Source: Toensbergia leucococca (taxonomy: Eukaryota). From it: DNA of 50,881 nucleotides. Of the stretch, positions 49,890 through 50,881 are shown piece after piece; within the stretch, counting starts at the first letter, position 1; each line of letters begins with the position of its first letter. The notes under the pieces were generated by a model. It had not been told where the DNA came from, made no database searches, and saw only the letters and a program-made list of their open reading frames with translations. Made by a program: the position numbers and the translations under genes. Location: positions 1 to 50,881 of the forward strand of contig JALDZS010000169.1 of the NCBI GenBank assembly GCA_022813965.1, in the 5' to 3' direction.

Positions 49890-50881
49890 TAATTGACTAT
49901 CTGAATCGCCCGATCTCATCGCCTCATCGCTAGGTATCACCTCATATCAAGCAATGGGTGGTAGGACCCCAGGGCCTTCAGTAGGCTACGCGCCACCTGA
50001 AATACACGAACATGCCCTCAACTTACTCACTGATTCGCAAGCCCTTTTAGATGATAATACAACATCAAAACCTTTGATGACTTCATACATCAAGAGTGTA
50101 ATGAAGTTTATTAAGAAATTCAGGACTCAGGCCTTCAATGATCAGATCCTTACAGCTGTCAATGCCGCAACTGACGCCATCATCCTACTAAAGTTAACAG
50201 TGAAACGCACCCCTTAGCAAGCCGCTCCCCCTCTATCTTTCATCACAGCAAGCACATGGGTCAAAGGCTCAAAGGCCTCTACAGACTCCTCATCACATGT
50301 CACTTCAGAGGACATGAAGAAGGATAGAATCATCACTGTCAAGATGAACAGCGTCTCATTCATTGAAGCCCTATAAGCAGACAGCTCAGACATTATCATC
50401 AAGAGAATTAACAACAGTATCAATCAGATCTGAAAAGAGAAGAAGGTGAGAATAATTGCGATAAAACAGCTGAAAAGTGAGGACATTTCTCTGACTATCA
50501 AGATAAAAGATGACTCAGAGTTTCTCTAGGAAGAAGACATCTTCTGAGTTAAGGTTCTTAGCAAGAAAGTGAAGGTATTAATATCAATGTTCAGAATTCT
50601 AATGTATGATATTAGAATTAAGGAACATAATAATTTACAAAAAACAGTCATTAAAATCTTGAATAAAAACTTCTTCACTATTTTTAAGGCGGAAATCAGG
50701 TATATAGACTGACTTATTAAGCAGGTGATAACAATTAAGAAGAAATTAACTCTGATAATAAAATTTATTAGAGTCATTAACACAAACAAGGTCATTAAGA
50801 GAAAACTAATCCTCAATTTAGAAATTCACACTTGTGAAAAATACATTAAAGTTTGTCAAATAAAGCAGTGTTTTTAGTCTG
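49890..50881 (+). mobile_element. Non-LTR retrotransposon (LINE, Tad-like) ORF1/gag, RIP-inactivated, truncated by the window end
   Basis: One frame from ATG 49954 continues through several stops: ...IIAIKQLKSEDISL...IRYID*LIK...LIIKF...IHTCEKYIKVCQIKQCF*, which resembles fungal LINE ORF1 up to the first CCHC knuckle. Strong AT and Ile/Lys enrichment. Confidence 0.8.

Overview
Gene-dense, intron-rich eukaryotic DNA from a filamentous ascomycete (Pezizomycotina), with typical ~45-70 nt introns and CTRAC-like branch sites. It holds about 20 intact protein genes, mostly housekeeping. In order: cyclin T/K, F-box protein, Sch9 kinase, Rsc7/Npl6, Clg1-like cyclin, Rpt5, NADAR, PRMT1/Hmt1, a Zn2Cys6 transcription factor, Per1, Pcm1, a divergent Rrp3-Ssf1 pair, a 1040-aa unknown protein, EMC1, an RtcA-type RNA cyclase, the complex I 9.5 kDa subunit, Wbp1 and Pet191. 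There is also an intron-containing tRNA-Ala(UGC), an SDR interrupted by one in-frame TAA, a decayed gene, and a RIP-mutated LINE ORF1 running off the right edge. I cannot demonstrate a new biological system here. The best leads are: (1) the single-stop SDR; (2) recurrent, often palindromic GTAAGGTA/TACCTTAC/TACGGAGTA clusters upstream of many genes; (3) an 86-nt near-perfect hairpin next to a diverged dispersed repeat in an AT-rich island; (4) stand-alone RtcA and NADAR nucleic-acid/metabolite repair enzymes; (5) splicing oddities (two GC-AG introns, micro-exons, a possible intron-split start codon). All gene models and intron coordinates were inferred by eye from splice signals and remembered protein motifs; no searches were run.
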